From Marine Group II euryarchaeote MED-G38 (GTDB lineage: Archaea; Thermoplasmatota; Poseidoniia; Poseidoniales; Thalassarchaeaceae), in the NCBI GenBank assembly GCA_002457145.1, contig NTJP01000001.1, positions 32,722 to 96,721 on the forward strand: a stretch of 64,000 bases of DNA, in the 5' to 3' direction. The translations under genes were made by a program, and so were the position numbers. This document shows positions 1-10,954 of this stretch, in pieces; positions within the stretch are counted from its first letter, which is position 1, and the number at the start of each line of letters is the position of its first letter. The notes below the pieces were generated by a model. It ran no database searches, was not told where the DNA came from, and saw only the letters and a program-made list of their open reading frames with translations.

Positions 1-14
1 CAAGCAAGGGAAGA

Positions 15-956
15 ATGGGCACTGACTGGATGCCAAAGGAAATTGATGTAGGTTCTGTAAAAACAGTACACGAATCTCATGGAGAAACAAGTTTCGCTGA
101 TACTAAAGAAGTTGTAAGAAAAGTCATAGATTATGGCGTTGATCTGATAGTTTATGCAGGAGGTGATGGTACAACTAGGGATATTGTGGCCGAGTTAGAT
201 AAACTTGACAATTCTAAACTACCGTTGATAGGCGTTCCTACTGGGGTAAAAATGTACTCTGGCTCATTTGCAGCAAGTCCCAAAGCGGCTGCGGAGGTCT
301 TATCTGCATGGATAAGGGGTGATTTGTTGGTTGCGAGTACAGAAGTATTAGATTTAGATGAAGAAAGGTATAGGAATGGAGAATGGATTGTAAGGCACTA
401 TGCAGAAGCAAATACTCCATCTAGTCCTCGGTGGATGCAAGGATCAAAACAAAGAGTAGAAGTTAGTAGTGAGGAAGAAATTATAGAAGGTCTAGCCGAG
501 CACATTAAAGAAATTTTAGTCAAAGAAGATACTATGATAATTTGGGGTTCTGGAGGAACTTTACAGTCCATTGGTGAATATATTGGTTTTAACCTAACAA
601 CGCTTGGAATAGATATTTCCATAGGTGAAAAATTAGTTGGTACTGACTTAGATGAACAAGGTATTCTAAAGCATCTGAATTTACATTCCGGAAAAATTAC
701 TACACTTTTATCTCCTATGGGCGGTCAAGGATTTTTAATAGGTCGAGGAAATTTACAATTATCACATTCAGTTATCAGAAAGATAGGCATAGATAATATT
801 CTAGGAGTTGTTACGCCTGCTAAGTTATTGACCGTTAGAAGATTAAGAATTGAAACAGGAGATGAGGATTTAGATTCTGAATTCTCCTCTAAAAAATATA
901 TGAAAGTATTACAAGGTTATAGGACAACCAGAATCTTACCTATATCTATAGATTAG
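15..956 (+). CDS. ATP-NAD kinase-like protein (COG3199-type), probably truncated at its 5-prime end by the window edge
   Basis: GGDGT motif ([11 protein letters not shown]) lies only ~50 aa from the first Met. The frame stays open back to nt 3. Its stop overlaps the pyrG stop by 4 nt (TTAG). Confidence 0.7.
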   Translation: MGTDWMPKEIDVGSVKTVHESHGETSFADTKEVVRKVIDYGVDLIVYAGGDGTTRDIVAELDKLDNSKLPLIGVPTGVKMYSGSFAASPKAAAEVLSAWIRGDLLVASTEVLDLDEERYRNGEWIVRHYAEANTPSSPRWMQGSKQRVEVSSEEEIIEGLAEHIKEILVKEDTMIIWGSGGTLQSIGEYIGFNLTTLGIDISIGEKLVGTDLDEQGILKHLNLHSGKITTLLSPMGGQGFLIGRGNLQLSHSVIRKIGIDNILGVVTPAKLLTVRRLRIETGDEDLDSEFSSKKYMKVLQGYRTTRILPISID

Positions 957-2659
957 ATTTCAATGCCACATGCTGCTTTCAATAATCCAAGAAAGGGAGG
1001 ACTAGGTCTATTCGGCCTAGATTTAAATTCTGGATGGTATTGTGTTCCAACATAGTAAGGATGATTATTTAATTCCATTATTTCACACCTCTGTCCTGTT
1101 TCATCTTTGCCAACAAAAATCAATCCTGCAGATTCAATTCTTCCTATTAATTTTGGATTTACTTCATACCTATGTCTGTGTCTTTCATCGACATATGATT
1201 TACCATGATATAATCTACGAACTTTACAGTCATCTACAAGGAAAGGAGTTGGCTTAGAACCAAGTCTCATCGTACCTCCCATATGTGTTTTTGAAATCTC
1301 AGGCATGAAAACTACAACATGATTCTCATCATCATCATCAAATTCAGCTGAATTTGCATTATCTATTCCTAGTACATTTCTACAAAACTCTATCGTTGCT
1401 ACCTGTAAACCTAAGCAAACACCAAGGTAAGGAATATCATTCTCTCTAGCGTATTTTGCGGCATTAATTTTTCCTTCAATACCTCTACCTCCAAAGCCTC
1501 CCGGAACCAGAACCCCATCTGCTTGTTTTAGTAACCTCCATGAATTATCATAGGCAGAAAGATCGGATGATTTCATATTTTCTTCGAGATTAACAGATTC
1601 TATCCAATCAATTATTAATTTTTTGCCAACACTATATGATGCATGTTGTAATGCTTTTGTAACGCTAAGATACGAATCAGAGAGACCAGTATACTTACCA
1701 ACCATTGCTATATGTACTTCCTCTTCTAAAGAATTGACATGATTTGCCATAATCTCCCATTCATCAAGTAACTTACTATTTTTTGGTAAATCGAAACTTA
1801 GTTTAGATGATAATAATTCGCTAACGCCTTGCTTATTCATCATTATAGGTACATGGTAAATATTAGCAACATCATGTGCAGATACTACTGCTTCTGGAGA
1901 AACATGACAAAATTCAGCTAGTTTTTCACGAGTTTCATCAACTAATGGAACTTCTGAACGGCATACTAGGATATCTGGAATTATTCCCAAACCCCTTAAT
2001 TCTTTGACAGTGTGTTGTGTGGGTTTTGTTTTTTGTTCTCCAACAGGCCCCATTACGGGTACTAAACTTACATGTACAAAACAAATATTTTCCTTACCTA
2101 CTCTAAATTGAAACTGCCTCAAAGCCTCAACAAAGGGAGCACTCTCAATATCCCCAACAGTCCCTCCAAGCTCAATCACGCATGCATCAGGAGGATTGTC
2201 TTTCTCGTCACTTGATATATGCGCAACATTTTCAATCCATTCTTGAATTTCATTGGTAATATGAGGGACAACTTGAACTGTTTTACCTAGGTAATCGCCT
2301 CTCCTTTCTTTCTCGATTACAGATGAATAAACTTTACCTGTCGTAATATTATTATCTTTTGAAAGCGCAATATCTAGAAATCTTTCATAATTTCCTAAAT
2401 CAAGGTCCGCCTCGCCTCCATCGTCTAACACAAATACTTCTCCATGCTCAAAGGGGCTCATAGTTCCTGCATCGCTGTTGAGATAAGGATCAATCTTGAC
2501 TGCAGTAACGCGCAATCCTGCAGATTTGAGTAACACTCCGATACTACTTGCAGTCACTCCTTTGCCTAATCCTGATAGCACCCCTCCGGTGACAACGACA
2601 TACTTCATGTAATCAACGGGTTTCGAAGCGGATATACTAGACATATCAACATTGGCCAT
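953..2659 (-). CDS. pyrG: CTP synthase
   Basis: N-terminal synthetase motif [16 protein letters not shown]-terminal class-I amidotransferase motifs GVCLGLQ and QYHPEF. The canonical start may be the internal ATG at 2608 (MKYVVVTGG). Confidence 0.97.
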   Translation of the reverse strand: MANVDMSSISASKPVDYMKYVVVTGGVLSGLGKGVTASSIGVLLKSAGLRVTAVKIDPYLNSDAGTMSPFEHGEVFVLDDGGEADLDLGNYERFLDIALSKDNNITTGKVYSSVIEKERRGDYLGKTVQVVPHITNEIQEWIENVAHISSDEKDNPPDACVIELGGTVGDIESAPFVEALRQFQFRVGKENICFVHVSLVPVMGPVGEQKTKPTQHTVKELRGLGIIPDILVCRSEVPLVDETREKLAEFCHVSPEAVVSAHDVANIYHVPIMMNKQGVSELLSSKLSFDLPKNSKLLDEWEIMANHVNSLEEEVHIAMVGKYTGLSDSYLSVTKALQHASYSVGKKLIIDWIESVNLEENMKSSDLSAYDNSWRLLKQADGVLVPGGFGGRGIEGKINAAKYARENDIPYLGVCLGLQVATIEFCRNVLGIDNANSAEFDDDDENHVVVFMPEISKTHMGGTMRLGSKPTPFLVDDCKVRRLYHGKSYVDERHRHRYEVNPKLIGRIESAGLIFVGKDETGQRCEIMELNNHPYYVGTQYHPEFKSRPNRPSPPFLGLLKAACGIEI

Positions 2660-2715
2660 AAATAAACTGTAAGATGTTACTTTAGGTTCATTTATCGAGT
2701 ACTATACCCAAGGCC

Positions 2716-3669
2716 ATGTCTGTACCGGGCCCAAGTAAAATTATGGTCACAGGAGCCCTTGGTCAAATTGGCACCGATTTGGTCGAAGAACTTAGGAAAA
2801 AATATGGAAATGATAATATCTTGGCAACTGATATCAGAAAAATAGAAGATAATCCAGGAGTGGAAAATGGACCATTTGAGATTCTAAGTGTTATCGATTC
2901 AGATTCAATGGATAACATGGTAAAAGAATATGATATTCAAGCAATTTATCATTTAGCCGCTATTCTTTCCGCTACAGGTGAAGAAAAACCTGAATTATGT
3001 AAAAAAATCAATGTTGGAGGAACCGTTTCTGTTTTAGAAACCGCTAAAAATAATAATTTGAGAGTTTATGCCCCATCATCCATAGCAGTTTTTGGCCCAG
3101 ATGCACCTAAAAAAGCACCACAAATAACTCCTCTTAATCCAAAAACAATGTATGGTAAAACAAAAGTAATGGGTGAAAACTTAGCAAATGAGTATTGGCA
3201 TAACTACGGCATAGACACACGAGGGCTAAGATATCCTGGTTTAATTTCCTGGAAATCTCCTCCGGGCGGAGGGACAACTGACTATGCGGTGGAAATATTT
3301 CATGCAGCTCTTGAAAAAGGCCATTATGATTGTTTTGTCGGCCCTAATACAAGACTACCAATGATGTATATCGATGATGCAATAAGAGGTACTTTAGAAT
3401 TAATGGACGCACCAATTAACAAAATTGGTAATTCAAGAGCAGGATATAATATTTCTGGACTCTCATTTACTGCACAACAATTAGCCGACTCAATTGCAGA
3501 AAAAATAGATGGATTCACATGTAACTTTATTCCAGATAAAAGACAAATATATGCCGATTCATGGCCTGATTATATTGATGACACACAGGCAAAGGAGGAT
3601 TGGAAATGGAATTCTCAATTCAATCTTGGAAAAATTGTTGATTCAATGATAGAAGGTTTGAGTGACTAA
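2716..3669 (+). CDS. tdh: SDR/epimerase-fold L-threonine 3-dehydrogenase-like enzyme
   Basis: Rossmann motif VTGALGQIG, catalytic YGKTK, and PPGGGTTDYAVE, which is characteristic of epimerase-like threonine dehydrogenases. Confidence 0.7.
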   Translation: MSVPGPSKIMVTGALGQIGTDLVEELRKKYGNDNILATDIRKIEDNPGVENGPFEILSVIDSDSMDNMVKEYDIQAIYHLAAILSATGEEKPELCKKINVGGTVSVLETAKNNNLRVYAPSSIAVFGPDAPKKAPQITPLNPKTMYGKTKVMGENLANEYWHNYGIDTRGLRYPGLISWKSPPGGGTTDYAVEIFHAALEKGHYDCFVGPNTRLPMMYIDDAIRGTLELMDAPINKIGNSRAGYNISGLSFTAQQLADSIAEKIDGFTCNFIPDKRQIYADSWPDYIDDTQAKEDWKWNSQFNLGKIVDSMIEGLSD

Positions 3670-5280
3670 TTAATCCTCATCAATTTCATTTTGCCAATCT
3701 GGAGTTTGTGCATCCTGCTTGGCCCACAGTACGTCATCAATTCGAAGGACACTATTTACAGCTTCAGTCGCACCTGAAAGGGCATGTCTAGCTACGAATA
3801 AAGGATCAAGTATCCCGGCAATTTCCATTGAAATATTTTGACCAGTTTTTGCATCTAGACCTATCCATGATCCATTTTCAGGATCATTATTTTGAGCGGC
3901 AGAGAGTGATAATAAAGCATCTATGGGGTCTATTCCTGAGTTTTCTGCTAAAACTCTTGGAATAATTTCAAGTGCTGCGGCATAAGCCTCAATTGCCAAT
4001 TGTTCTCTTCCTGATTGACTAGTAGCATACATCCGTAGGTGTCTTGCAAGGTGAGTATGACTAGCCCCTCCTCCTGGTAAAATCCAAGATTCACGTTTCA
4101 AACGATGAGCAACCCCTAAAGCGTCATCAAATACTCTTTTAATTTCACTTCTAATTTCAGGAGTTGTTCCATTAATGATAAAAGTCATCCCTCCTCCTTT
4201 TTTACCTTCTATGGTTGTATATTTCACACCAGCAATCAACTCCTCGGAATGTTTTGAATAATCTCCAATGTCTATGTCATTAATTTTTAGTGGATTTCTT
4301 ATTGGTTTTGCTCCAGTAATTTTTGATAGTAATTCAATATCAGTTCTTTCCATTCTTCTGTATGTAATAATTCCAGCATTCTTCAGAGGTGTAACTGCTT
4401 CTTCGGCCACACCATCTCGGACAATTAGGATATTTACTCCTAGAGATTTAATGTGTTCAACCACATTTTGTAATTTATTTATATTTCTATCATGAAAACT
4501 TTTTAATGCGCCAGTATCACTTATCTCAATCGAAGCATCCAATTCTATTTTCTTACTTTCAAACTCTCCATCAATAATGGCAATTTTACCATCTTTAGAG
4601 AAAGAAGGAGTTGAACTATCGAGCCTAGTTTTTGCCAATACTAATCCATGAACTAATCGTGAATCTTTTATTCCTCCATTATTGACCTGGAGTCTTTTTA
4701 TCCTCAATCTTTCTAAATCATTTCCTCCTTCTTCACCTACTAATACAGAAGCTGCTTCTAATGCACATGAAGTCAATATTTTTGAAGCACCAAGTTCAAC
4801 TTTTCCAGCCAAAGATGTAGAGACAATAGCCAATTCAGATTCTGGTAGTTCAGATTTCTTTGATATTCTTTTCAATTCAACTAATGATTCTTCTAATGCT
4901 ATATTATATCCGTTTAAAATCACTGAAGGATGAATCCCCATCCTAACCAATTCAAGAGAATTTTGAAGTAATTCAGAAGTTAATAGTATAGTTGTTGTAG
5001 TCCCGTCCCTTGCAGATCTGTCTTGTAAAGAAGATGCTGAAATCAGCAATCTTGCAGTTGGATGATCAACCTTAGCAGTCTCGAGAACAGTAACTCCATC
5101 ATTGGTCACTAGGACATCTCCTCCGTCTTCTACTAACATCTTATCTAGGCCGAGTGGGCCTAGGGTTGATCTTACTGCTCCGGCAAGCGCTACTGCAGCT
5201 TTCACATTGTTAACTAATGCAGCATGGCCCTGGATACGATCCGTATCTTCCAATGCAATATCATGTTCCGATTCAGTCAT
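3670..5280 (-). CDS. ths: Thermosome subunit (group II chaperonin)
   Basis: 536 aa with STLGPLGLDKML, VTNDGVTVL and LPGGGASH motifs. ATG start at 5280. Confidence 0.95.
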   Translation of the reverse strand: MTESEHDIALEDTDRIQGHAALVNNVKAAVALAGAVRSTLGPLGLDKMLVEDGGDVLVTNDGVTVLETAKVDHPTARLLISASSLQDRSARDGTTTTILLTSELLQNSLELVRMGIHPSVILNGYNIALEESLVELKRISKKSELPESELAIVSTSLAGKVELGASKILTSCALEAASVLVGEEGGNDLERLRIKRLQVNNGGIKDSRLVHGLVLAKTRLDSSTPSFSKDGKIAIIDGEFESKKIELDASIEISDTGALKSFHDRNINKLQNVVEHIKSLGVNILIVRDGVAEEAVTPLKNAGIITYRRMERTDIELLSKITGAKPIRNPLKINDIDIGDYSKHSEELIAGVKYTTIEGKKGGGMTFIINGTTPEIRSEIKRVFDDALGVAHRLKRESWILPGGGASHTHLARHLRMYATSQSGREQLAIEAYAAALEIIPRVLAENSGIDPIDALLSLSAAQNNDPENGSWIGLDAKTGQNISMEIAGILDPLFVARHALSGATEAVNSVLRIDDVLWAKQDAQTPDWQNEIDED

Positions 5281-5293
5281 TCGTATCTCGCGA

Positions 5294-5328
5294 AGATAGA
5301 ATTTGTTTTTAATCCGCTTGTTCTATCT
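5294..5328 (-). promoter_or_regulatory. Candidate thermosome promoter/operator: an 8-bp perfect inverted repeat bracketing a TATA-like box
   Basis: AGATAGAA (5294-5301) and TTCTATCT (5321-5328) flank the minus-strand ATTAAAAAC (5305-5313). That box is centred ~29 nt upstream of the ths ATG. Confidence 0.35.
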
Positions 5329-5415
5329 ACAATTTTGATATGTACCTAAAACCGTCGTATTAATATACCTCTCTTATCTCCCACTATACAACCACAGGTT
5401 AAGTAGTGAAATATC

Positions 5416-6048
5416 ATGTCAGATATAAACAGTGATGAATGGGAAGAAAATATGCTAAATGAGATGGCAAAATTATTCTCTTCAATGGGTATGAATGTAG
5501 ATTATGATATGCTAAAGTCATTAATGGAACAACTAAAAAATCGTTTAGAAGAAATGGGCATGGATCCAAAGGATATGGCTAATTCTAACGTTAAAATGGA
5601 CTTCAACAAACTAGATGCCAATTTAGGCCCTCAAGATATTAAGAAGATGATGGACCATTTGATGGAAATGGGTAATACAGATGGATTCGGTGATTTACTC
5701 AAGAACATGGGAATAAATACGAAAATAAATGAACCAATAGTCGAAGTCAAGGCAGAAATAAATGATGAAGAATCTTTTGAAGAAGAAATCAATGAAGATA
5801 ATTTTCATGTGCATGAAGATAGAATGTACCTTACAGTAGACATATCCAAGTATACAGATTTAGAAGATAATCTTATGGAACTTAATTTAGCGGCTGCAGG
5901 TAGTTTATTACAAGTTATGAAAACTACACAACTACGTCCTTTCAAAAAATTTAACCTTCCAGAACCAGCCAGTCGAATTATTGAATGGACATTTAATAAT
6001 GGAATATTAGATGTCACTTTTGATATTAATTCAACAATGTATATTTAA
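5416..6048 (+). CDS. Hypothetical acidic Met-rich protein with a C-terminal alpha-crystallin/Hsp20-like domain
   Basis: 16 Met in the first ~100 aa. The C-terminal pattern is [16 protein letters not shown]...[31 protein letters not shown]. It ends 17 nt before dnaK. Confidence 0.6.
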   Translation: MSDINSDEWEENMLNEMAKLFSSMGMNVDYDMLKSLMEQLKNRLEEMGMDPKDMANSNVKMDFNKLDANLGPQDIKKMMDHLMEMGNTDGFGDLLKNMGINTKINEPIVEVKAEINDEESFEEEINEDNFHVHEDRMYLTVDISKYTDLEDNLMELNLAAAGSLLQVMKTTQLRPFKKFNLPEPASRIIEWTFNNGILDVTFDINSTMYI

Positions 6049-6065
6049 TAAAAGGAGATGAAAAA

Positions 6066-7952
6066 ATGAGTGGACCAGTAATAGGAATTGATTTAGGAAC
6101 GACCAATAGTTGTGTTGCTACACTAGAAGGAGGGCAGGCAGTAGTCATCCCCAATTCTGAAGGCTCAAGAACTACTCCCAGTGTAGTGGCCTTCACCAAA
6201 GATGGTGAGCGTTTGGTAGGTATTACTGCAAAAAGACAAGCTGTTACTAATTCAAAACGAACAATACTTTCAGTTAAGAGAGAAATGGGAACGGATTGGT
6301 CTCAAAAAATAGACAAAGACGAATACTCTCCTCAGGAGGTTTCTGCATTTATCTTACAAAAATTAAAGGCAGATGCTGAAGAATATCTTGGAAGGGAAGT
6401 AAAGCAGGCTGTAATCACATGTCCTGCCTATTTCTCAGACGCCCAAAGGCAAGCAACAAAAGATGCTGGAAGAATTGCTGGCTTGGAAGTTCTTAGGATA
6501 ATAAACGAACCAACAGCAGCTGCTTTAGCATATGGTGTTGATAAAGACGATGATCAAACAATATTGGTCTACGACCTTGGTGGAGGTACTTTTGACGTTT
6601 CAGTTTTAGAAATATACCAAGTAGATGGACAGCCACAAATTGAGGTAAAAGCAACTAGTGGAGATAATCGTTTAGGAGGAGATGACTTTGATCATGTTGT
6701 GGTTGATTGGCTTGTTTCTGAATTCAAAAAATCTACTGGGATTGATTTGAAGAAAGATTTACAAGCTATGAGCAGATTAAGGGAAGCCGCTGAAAAGGCT
6801 AAGATCGAATTATCTTCATCTGCATCAACACAAGTTAATTTGCCTTTCATCACTCAAAATAAAGATGGTCAACCAGAGCATCTAGATTTACCTCTATCTA
6901 GGTCAGACTTTGAAAAATTAATCGGTAAATTAATTGAGCGAACTATGGCTCCTACTAGAAGGGCAATGAAAGATTCTGGAGTTAAAAGGGGAGATGTAGA
7001 TAAAGTAATACTTGTAGGTGGTTCAACTAGAGTTCCTGCAGTCCAATCTGCTATAGAGAAAGAAGTAGGTAAAGCCCCATTCAAAGGCATCAATCCTGAT
7101 GAAGCAGTAGCCGTCGGGGCTACACTACAAGCAGGGATAATTGTTGGTGATGAAGGAGTTACTGATGTATTACTGCTTGATGTAACTCCATTGTCTTTAG
7201 GAATAGAAACACTAGGGGGAATAACTACCCCAATGATTGAGAGAAATACCACAATACCTACGCGCAAATCTGAAACGTTCTCCACAGCAGCCGATAACCA
7301 ACCTGCTGTAGAAGTTCATGTTTTACAAGGAGAGAGAGAATTTGCTAAAGATAATATCACCCTAGGTCAATTTCACTTAGTTGGAATCCCTCCATCTCCT
7401 CGTGGTGTCCCACAGATTGAAGTAACTTTTGATATAGATGCCAATGGAATAGTTAATGTTTCCGCGAAGGATCTTGGAACCGGAACTGAACAATCAATAA
7501 AGATAGAAAGTCAAACTTCTTTGTCTGAAGATGAAATCCAACAAAAAATTTCTGAGGCAGAAGAATTTGCAGAGGCCGATAAATTAAGAAAGACCAGAGT
7601 AGAACTTCGCAATCAGGCTGATAGCATAATATATCAGACTCGTAAGACTATTGAAGAGACGGGAGAAAAACTTTCAGAGGAAGATACAAAACCAGTATTA
7701 GAAAAATTAGATGATTTAGAATCTCTAATTGTTAAGGATGAAGAACCCATACCATTAGAAGATATTGACGATGCTGCAATACAATCAAAACTTGCAGAAA
7801 TAGAACAGTTGATGCACGGATTATCTACAAAGATTTACGAGGCGGCAGCCGCCGAAATGGCCGAGCAAGATTCAGAAGAAAAATCTGAAGATGGCGTAGT
7901 GGAGGCAGACTTTGAAGTAGTTGATTCCGATGAAGAATCTGATGATTCCTGA
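6066..7952 (+). CDS. dnaK: Hsp70 chaperone DnaK
   Basis: [25 protein letters not shown] and [13 protein letters not shown] motifs. GGAG at 6054-6057 lies 8 nt upstream of the ATG. Confidence 0.98.
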   Translation: MSGPVIGIDLGTTNSCVATLEGGQAVVIPNSEGSRTTPSVVAFTKDGERLVGITAKRQAVTNSKRTILSVKREMGTDWSQKIDKDEYSPQEVSAFILQKLKADAEEYLGREVKQAVITCPAYFSDAQRQATKDAGRIAGLEVLRIINEPTAAALAYGVDKDDDQTILVYDLGGGTFDVSVLEIYQVDGQPQIEVKATSGDNRLGGDDFDHVVVDWLVSEFKKSTGIDLKKDLQAMSRLREAAEKAKIELSSSASTQVNLPFITQNKDGQPEHLDLPLSRSDFEKLIGKLIERTMAPTRRAMKDSGVKRGDVDKVILVGGSTRVPAVQSAIEKEVGKAPFKGINPDEAVAVGATLQAGIIVGDEGVTDVLLLDVTPLSLGIETLGGITTPMIERNTTIPTRKSETFSTAADNQPAVEVHVLQGEREFAKDNITLGQFHLVGIPPSPRGVPQIEVTFDIDANGIVNVSAKDLGTGTEQSIKIESQTSLSEDEIQQKISEAEEFAEADKLRKTRVELRNQADSIIYQTRKTIEETGEKLSEEDTKPVLEKLDDLESLIVKDEEPIPLEDIDDAAIQSKLAEIEQLMHGLSTKIYEAAAAEMAEQDSEEKSEDGVVEADFEVVDSDEESDDS

Positions 7953-9497
7953 TTACTCTTCTGTAATCATCCTATGTAGTGTTCTAACATGCACTCCTGA
8001 TGTCCCAAATCGAAATAGTGGATTACTAGATTCAGATTTAGCCTTCCCTCCTGGGCCCCATGCTGTACCTGCTATGTCAAGATGAGCCCAAGGTATCTGT
8101 TTTTCCTTTTCGTCAAAGTTTCTTTTCGGAACAAATTGTTTTAGAAAAGCTGCAGCAGAGTTCGAAGAACCAGCCCTCCCTCCCGATGAACCATTTCTTA
8201 CATCAGCGAATGCAGAATCTGTCATATATTTTTCAAAATCTGAATTTAGCGGCATTCTCCAAATACTCTCTCCTTCAATTCTCGCAGCTTCTTTTAGCCT
8301 TTTTTGTAATGAGTTATCATTACTCCACATTCCTGTTATTTGATTTCCTAAGGCAACCACAACGGCACCAGTTAAGGTAGCCAAATCAATGATGTACTCT
8401 GGATTTAATTCTCCTGCTTTCCATAAACCATCGGCCAATACGTTCCTTCCTTCCGCATCAGTACTAAATATTTCGATAGTTTTTCCGGAGTAAGTCGGGA
8501 TTACATCACCAGGCCGATAAGCACCAGATCCCGGCATATTTTCCGCCAAGCAAGCTATTCCGTTTACTCTTTTCTTACATCCAGTAGACCAAAGAGCCTC
8601 CATCAATCCGAATACTGTTGCAGCACCGCACATATCATACTTCATATCCCACATTCCACTAGTGGGCTTAATTGAGATTCCTCCGGTATCAAATGTAATT
8701 CCCTTGCCTACTATACAAGGTCTCTGAATATCTACATCTTCATCAGGATTGAGGGTGAATAATACCATACAAGGTTTTTTCTCACTTCCTTTGCCAACAT
8801 TAACTAAACCACCCATGCCTAATTCCTGTAGTTTATCCCAATCATAAACTTCAACTAATACATTATCTTTATTTGATGCCCATTTAATTGCTCTATTGGC
8901 AAATTCCATCGGATATAATATATTGGCAGGTTCATTCCCTAAGTCTCTGGCAAGATGGACTCCTCCAACTACAGAACCTATTCTTTGCAAGCCACTTTCT
9001 AATGATTCTTGATATCTATTACTAGACTGAAAATCTACATTCCAAGAATCATGACATTCATCTTCATCAACTATTTTATGGTTGTCAAAACTATAGTCCC
9101 TTAACATCATACCCTCTGCAAATAATAGCATATTTTCCGCATTCCATCCAGAAGTAAATCTAATGGTTATGTCTATTCCTTTTTTCTTTGACAATACTGC
9201 AATTGTCCTTGCTCCAGTATTCCTAACTAATTTCCTAGTAAGCTTTTCCTTTTCACCGAGCCCAATTAGTAATACTCTACATCCTTCAGTCCAAACAGAT
9301 AATCTTTGACCTCTTTTTCCTTCAAAATCCTTTGATGATATCGCGGATCTAACTAAACTACGTTGTTTTCTATTCATACCATCCAGTGATTTGTTAGGTG
9401 CCTTTGAAACTCCTTCAAACAACGGTAATATTAATTGCATTCCAACATCTCCAAACTCATTTATTCTCCATTCCATAGTTATTCCTAAACATACCAT
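7953..9497 (-). CDS. pepA: Leucyl aminopeptidase, M17 family
   Basis: NEPANILYP, VGKGITFDTGGISIKP and STDAEGRNVLAD motifs. Its stop directly abuts the dnaK stop (TGATTA). Confidence 0.93.
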   Translation of the reverse strand: MVCLGITMEWRINEFGDVGMQLILPLFEGVSKAPNKSLDGMNRKQRSLVRSAISSKDFEGKRGQRLSVWTEGCRVLLIGLGEKEKLTRKLVRNTGARTIAVLSKKKGIDITIRFTSGWNAENMLLFAEGMMLRDYSFDNHKIVDEDECHDSWNVDFQSSNRYQESLESGLQRIGSVVGGVHLARDLGNEPANILYPMEFANRAIKWASNKDNVLVEVYDWDKLQELGMGGLVNVGKGSEKKPCMVLFTLNPDEDVDIQRPCIVGKGITFDTGGISIKPTSGMWDMKYDMCGAATVFGLMEALWSTGCKKRVNGIACLAENMPGSGAYRPGDVIPTYSGKTIEIFSTDAEGRNVLADGLWKAGELNPEYIIDLATLTGAVVVALGNQITGMWSNDNSLQKRLKEAARIEGESIWRMPLNSDFEKYMTDSAFADVRNGSSGGRAGSSNSAAAFLKQFVPKRNFDEKEKQIPWAHLDIAGTAWGPGGKAKSESSNPLFRFGTSGVHVRTLHRMITEE

Positions 9498-9571
9498 AAG
9501 TTACTAATATAGAAAATTTACTTATCAAAAGTTGATTATAAGAATATTTTTTTTGTAAAAAATAATATTAT

Positions 9572-10915
9572 TTATCGCCCTAAATCATCTTTTTCATTTT
9601 TTATTAATGCTACGCCAACGATTGTAATTATACTCATTATCCATGAAGGTGAAGGCAAAAAACCTCCAATATTTTCTTTATCAACCATAACTAGATCATC
9701 CGAAAATTGTTCAGAAGTCCACTTAGAAGAATCAATTACCCTCTTTTGGTAGTGAATACTCCAAAACCCATCATCAACTAAACTAAGATTAGTAGAATCA
9801 AAAATTACAATTGATTCATTGGTTGCATTCACTCCAAATGTTTCTGAATGCCATAATAAATCACCATTTGAATCAGTATAATGGAAAGAAGCATTTGAGG
9901 TACTTGCATGGCCTAAATTAACAACACGTGCTTCTATTTCATCGCCTATAATTTTGAAATCTTCTATAATCAAACGAGCACGCCAGTACCATATATTCGT
10001 AATCAAATATTTCATCACATCTAGTTCTTCATCGAGTCTATCAGATAATGATTCTACAGTTCCAAGAAGAAACTGCTCGTCATCAGTTTCGAAGGTAAAT
10101 GTAGGATATCCCATAACTCCATAACCATAATCTCGACTAGTCCCACAATTTGGATAAAGACCTTGATTTGCATTGCGGATTGGTATATCCGAGATATTAT
10201 TATTTATGTCATCCCTGATATAATGAAACATCTCCCAGTCTGAAGGTTGTTCAGGCCATTTTCCCCACGGATACAACATTATCCAAACACCTGTATGCAT
10301 AGTGACATACAAATCTGCATCAGGAACTACTGTATTCATATAAATTGAATTTGCAAGAGTCTCAGATTCACTGAAGGCACTACTTCCGGGCTGTGTAGAA
10401 TCACAGGTATTCCAGTAATGTTCATAATTACGATTCAAATCTACTTGATTTACATTCCATCTAGTATCAAAATCATTCCCATCTGCATTAAGCATAATTA
10501 GGATATGTATCTCAGTATTTCTTAGCACTTCTATTACTTCTGCATTTCCCTCTATCCATCCTTCTATGTAAAATTCAGCAGTAAGAAATGCAAGTTCAGT
10601 ACCTAGATGTTCATTTCCATGATGTCCACCATCAATATAGGCTACGTCTTTTACCATTCCATCAGATTTATTTTCCTGACTCCAATCCGAAATCTGTAAC
10701 ATCCAAATTTCTCTTCCTAGCTCGGTTTGACCCACACTAAGTAATTTAACAATATCTGGATTATTATCTGCCCATTCATTAACATCCAAAGTTAGAGTAG
10801 CATATGAATGGTACCAATGCTCCTGAATTATATCTGGCTGTTGTGCATTTATACGCGGAATCGTAGTATTTGCAACGAGTACTAAAACTAGTACCATTGT
10901 TAGTGTACGACGCAT
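9572..10915 (-). CDS. Secreted M14 zinc carboxypeptidase with a C-terminal membrane anchor
   Basis: Signal peptide MRRTLTMVLVLVLVA. Motifs HHGNEHLG, DLNRNY and HTGVWIMLYPWG. C-terminal hydrophobic helix followed by KNEKDDLGR. Confidence 0.85.
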   Translation of the reverse strand: MRRTLTMVLVLVLVANTTIPRINAQQPDIIQEHWYHSYATLTLDVNEWADNNPDIVKLLSVGQTELGREIWMLQISDWSQENKSDGMVKDVAYIDGGHHGNEHLGTELAFLTAEFYIEGWIEGNAEVIEVLRNTEIHILIMLNADGNDFDTRWNVNQVDLNRNYEHYWNTCDSTQPGSSAFSESETLANSIYMNTVVPDADLYVTMHTGVWIMLYPWGKWPEQPSDWEMFHYIRDDINNNISDIPIRNANQGLYPNCGTSRDYGYGVMGYPTFTFETDDEQFLLGTVESLSDRLDEELDVMKYLITNIWYWRARLIIEDFKIIGDEIEARVVNLGHASTSNASFHYTDSNGDLLWHSETFGVNATNESIVIFDSTNLSLVDDGFWSIHYQKRVIDSSKWTSEQFSDDLVMVDKENIGGFLPSPSWIMSIITIVGVALIKNEKDDLGR

Positions 10916-10954
10916 ATCTTATGCGGCACGTATCCGTTTGTTGAATCCTTCTAC

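Noticed and set aside
6869-7285. 138-aa ORF antisense to dnaK. Similar long antisense ORFs occur at 16723-17148, 19280-19654, 41851-42216, 44303-44719, 45462-45842, 45864-46268, 52576-52920 and 58005-58349.
   Set aside because: Each lies wholly inside a strongly supported gene on the other strand. Their translations are low-complexity or biased (Ser/Pro/Leu-rich) with no motifs. Long open antisense frames are a known by-product of codon bias in conserved genes such as hsp70.
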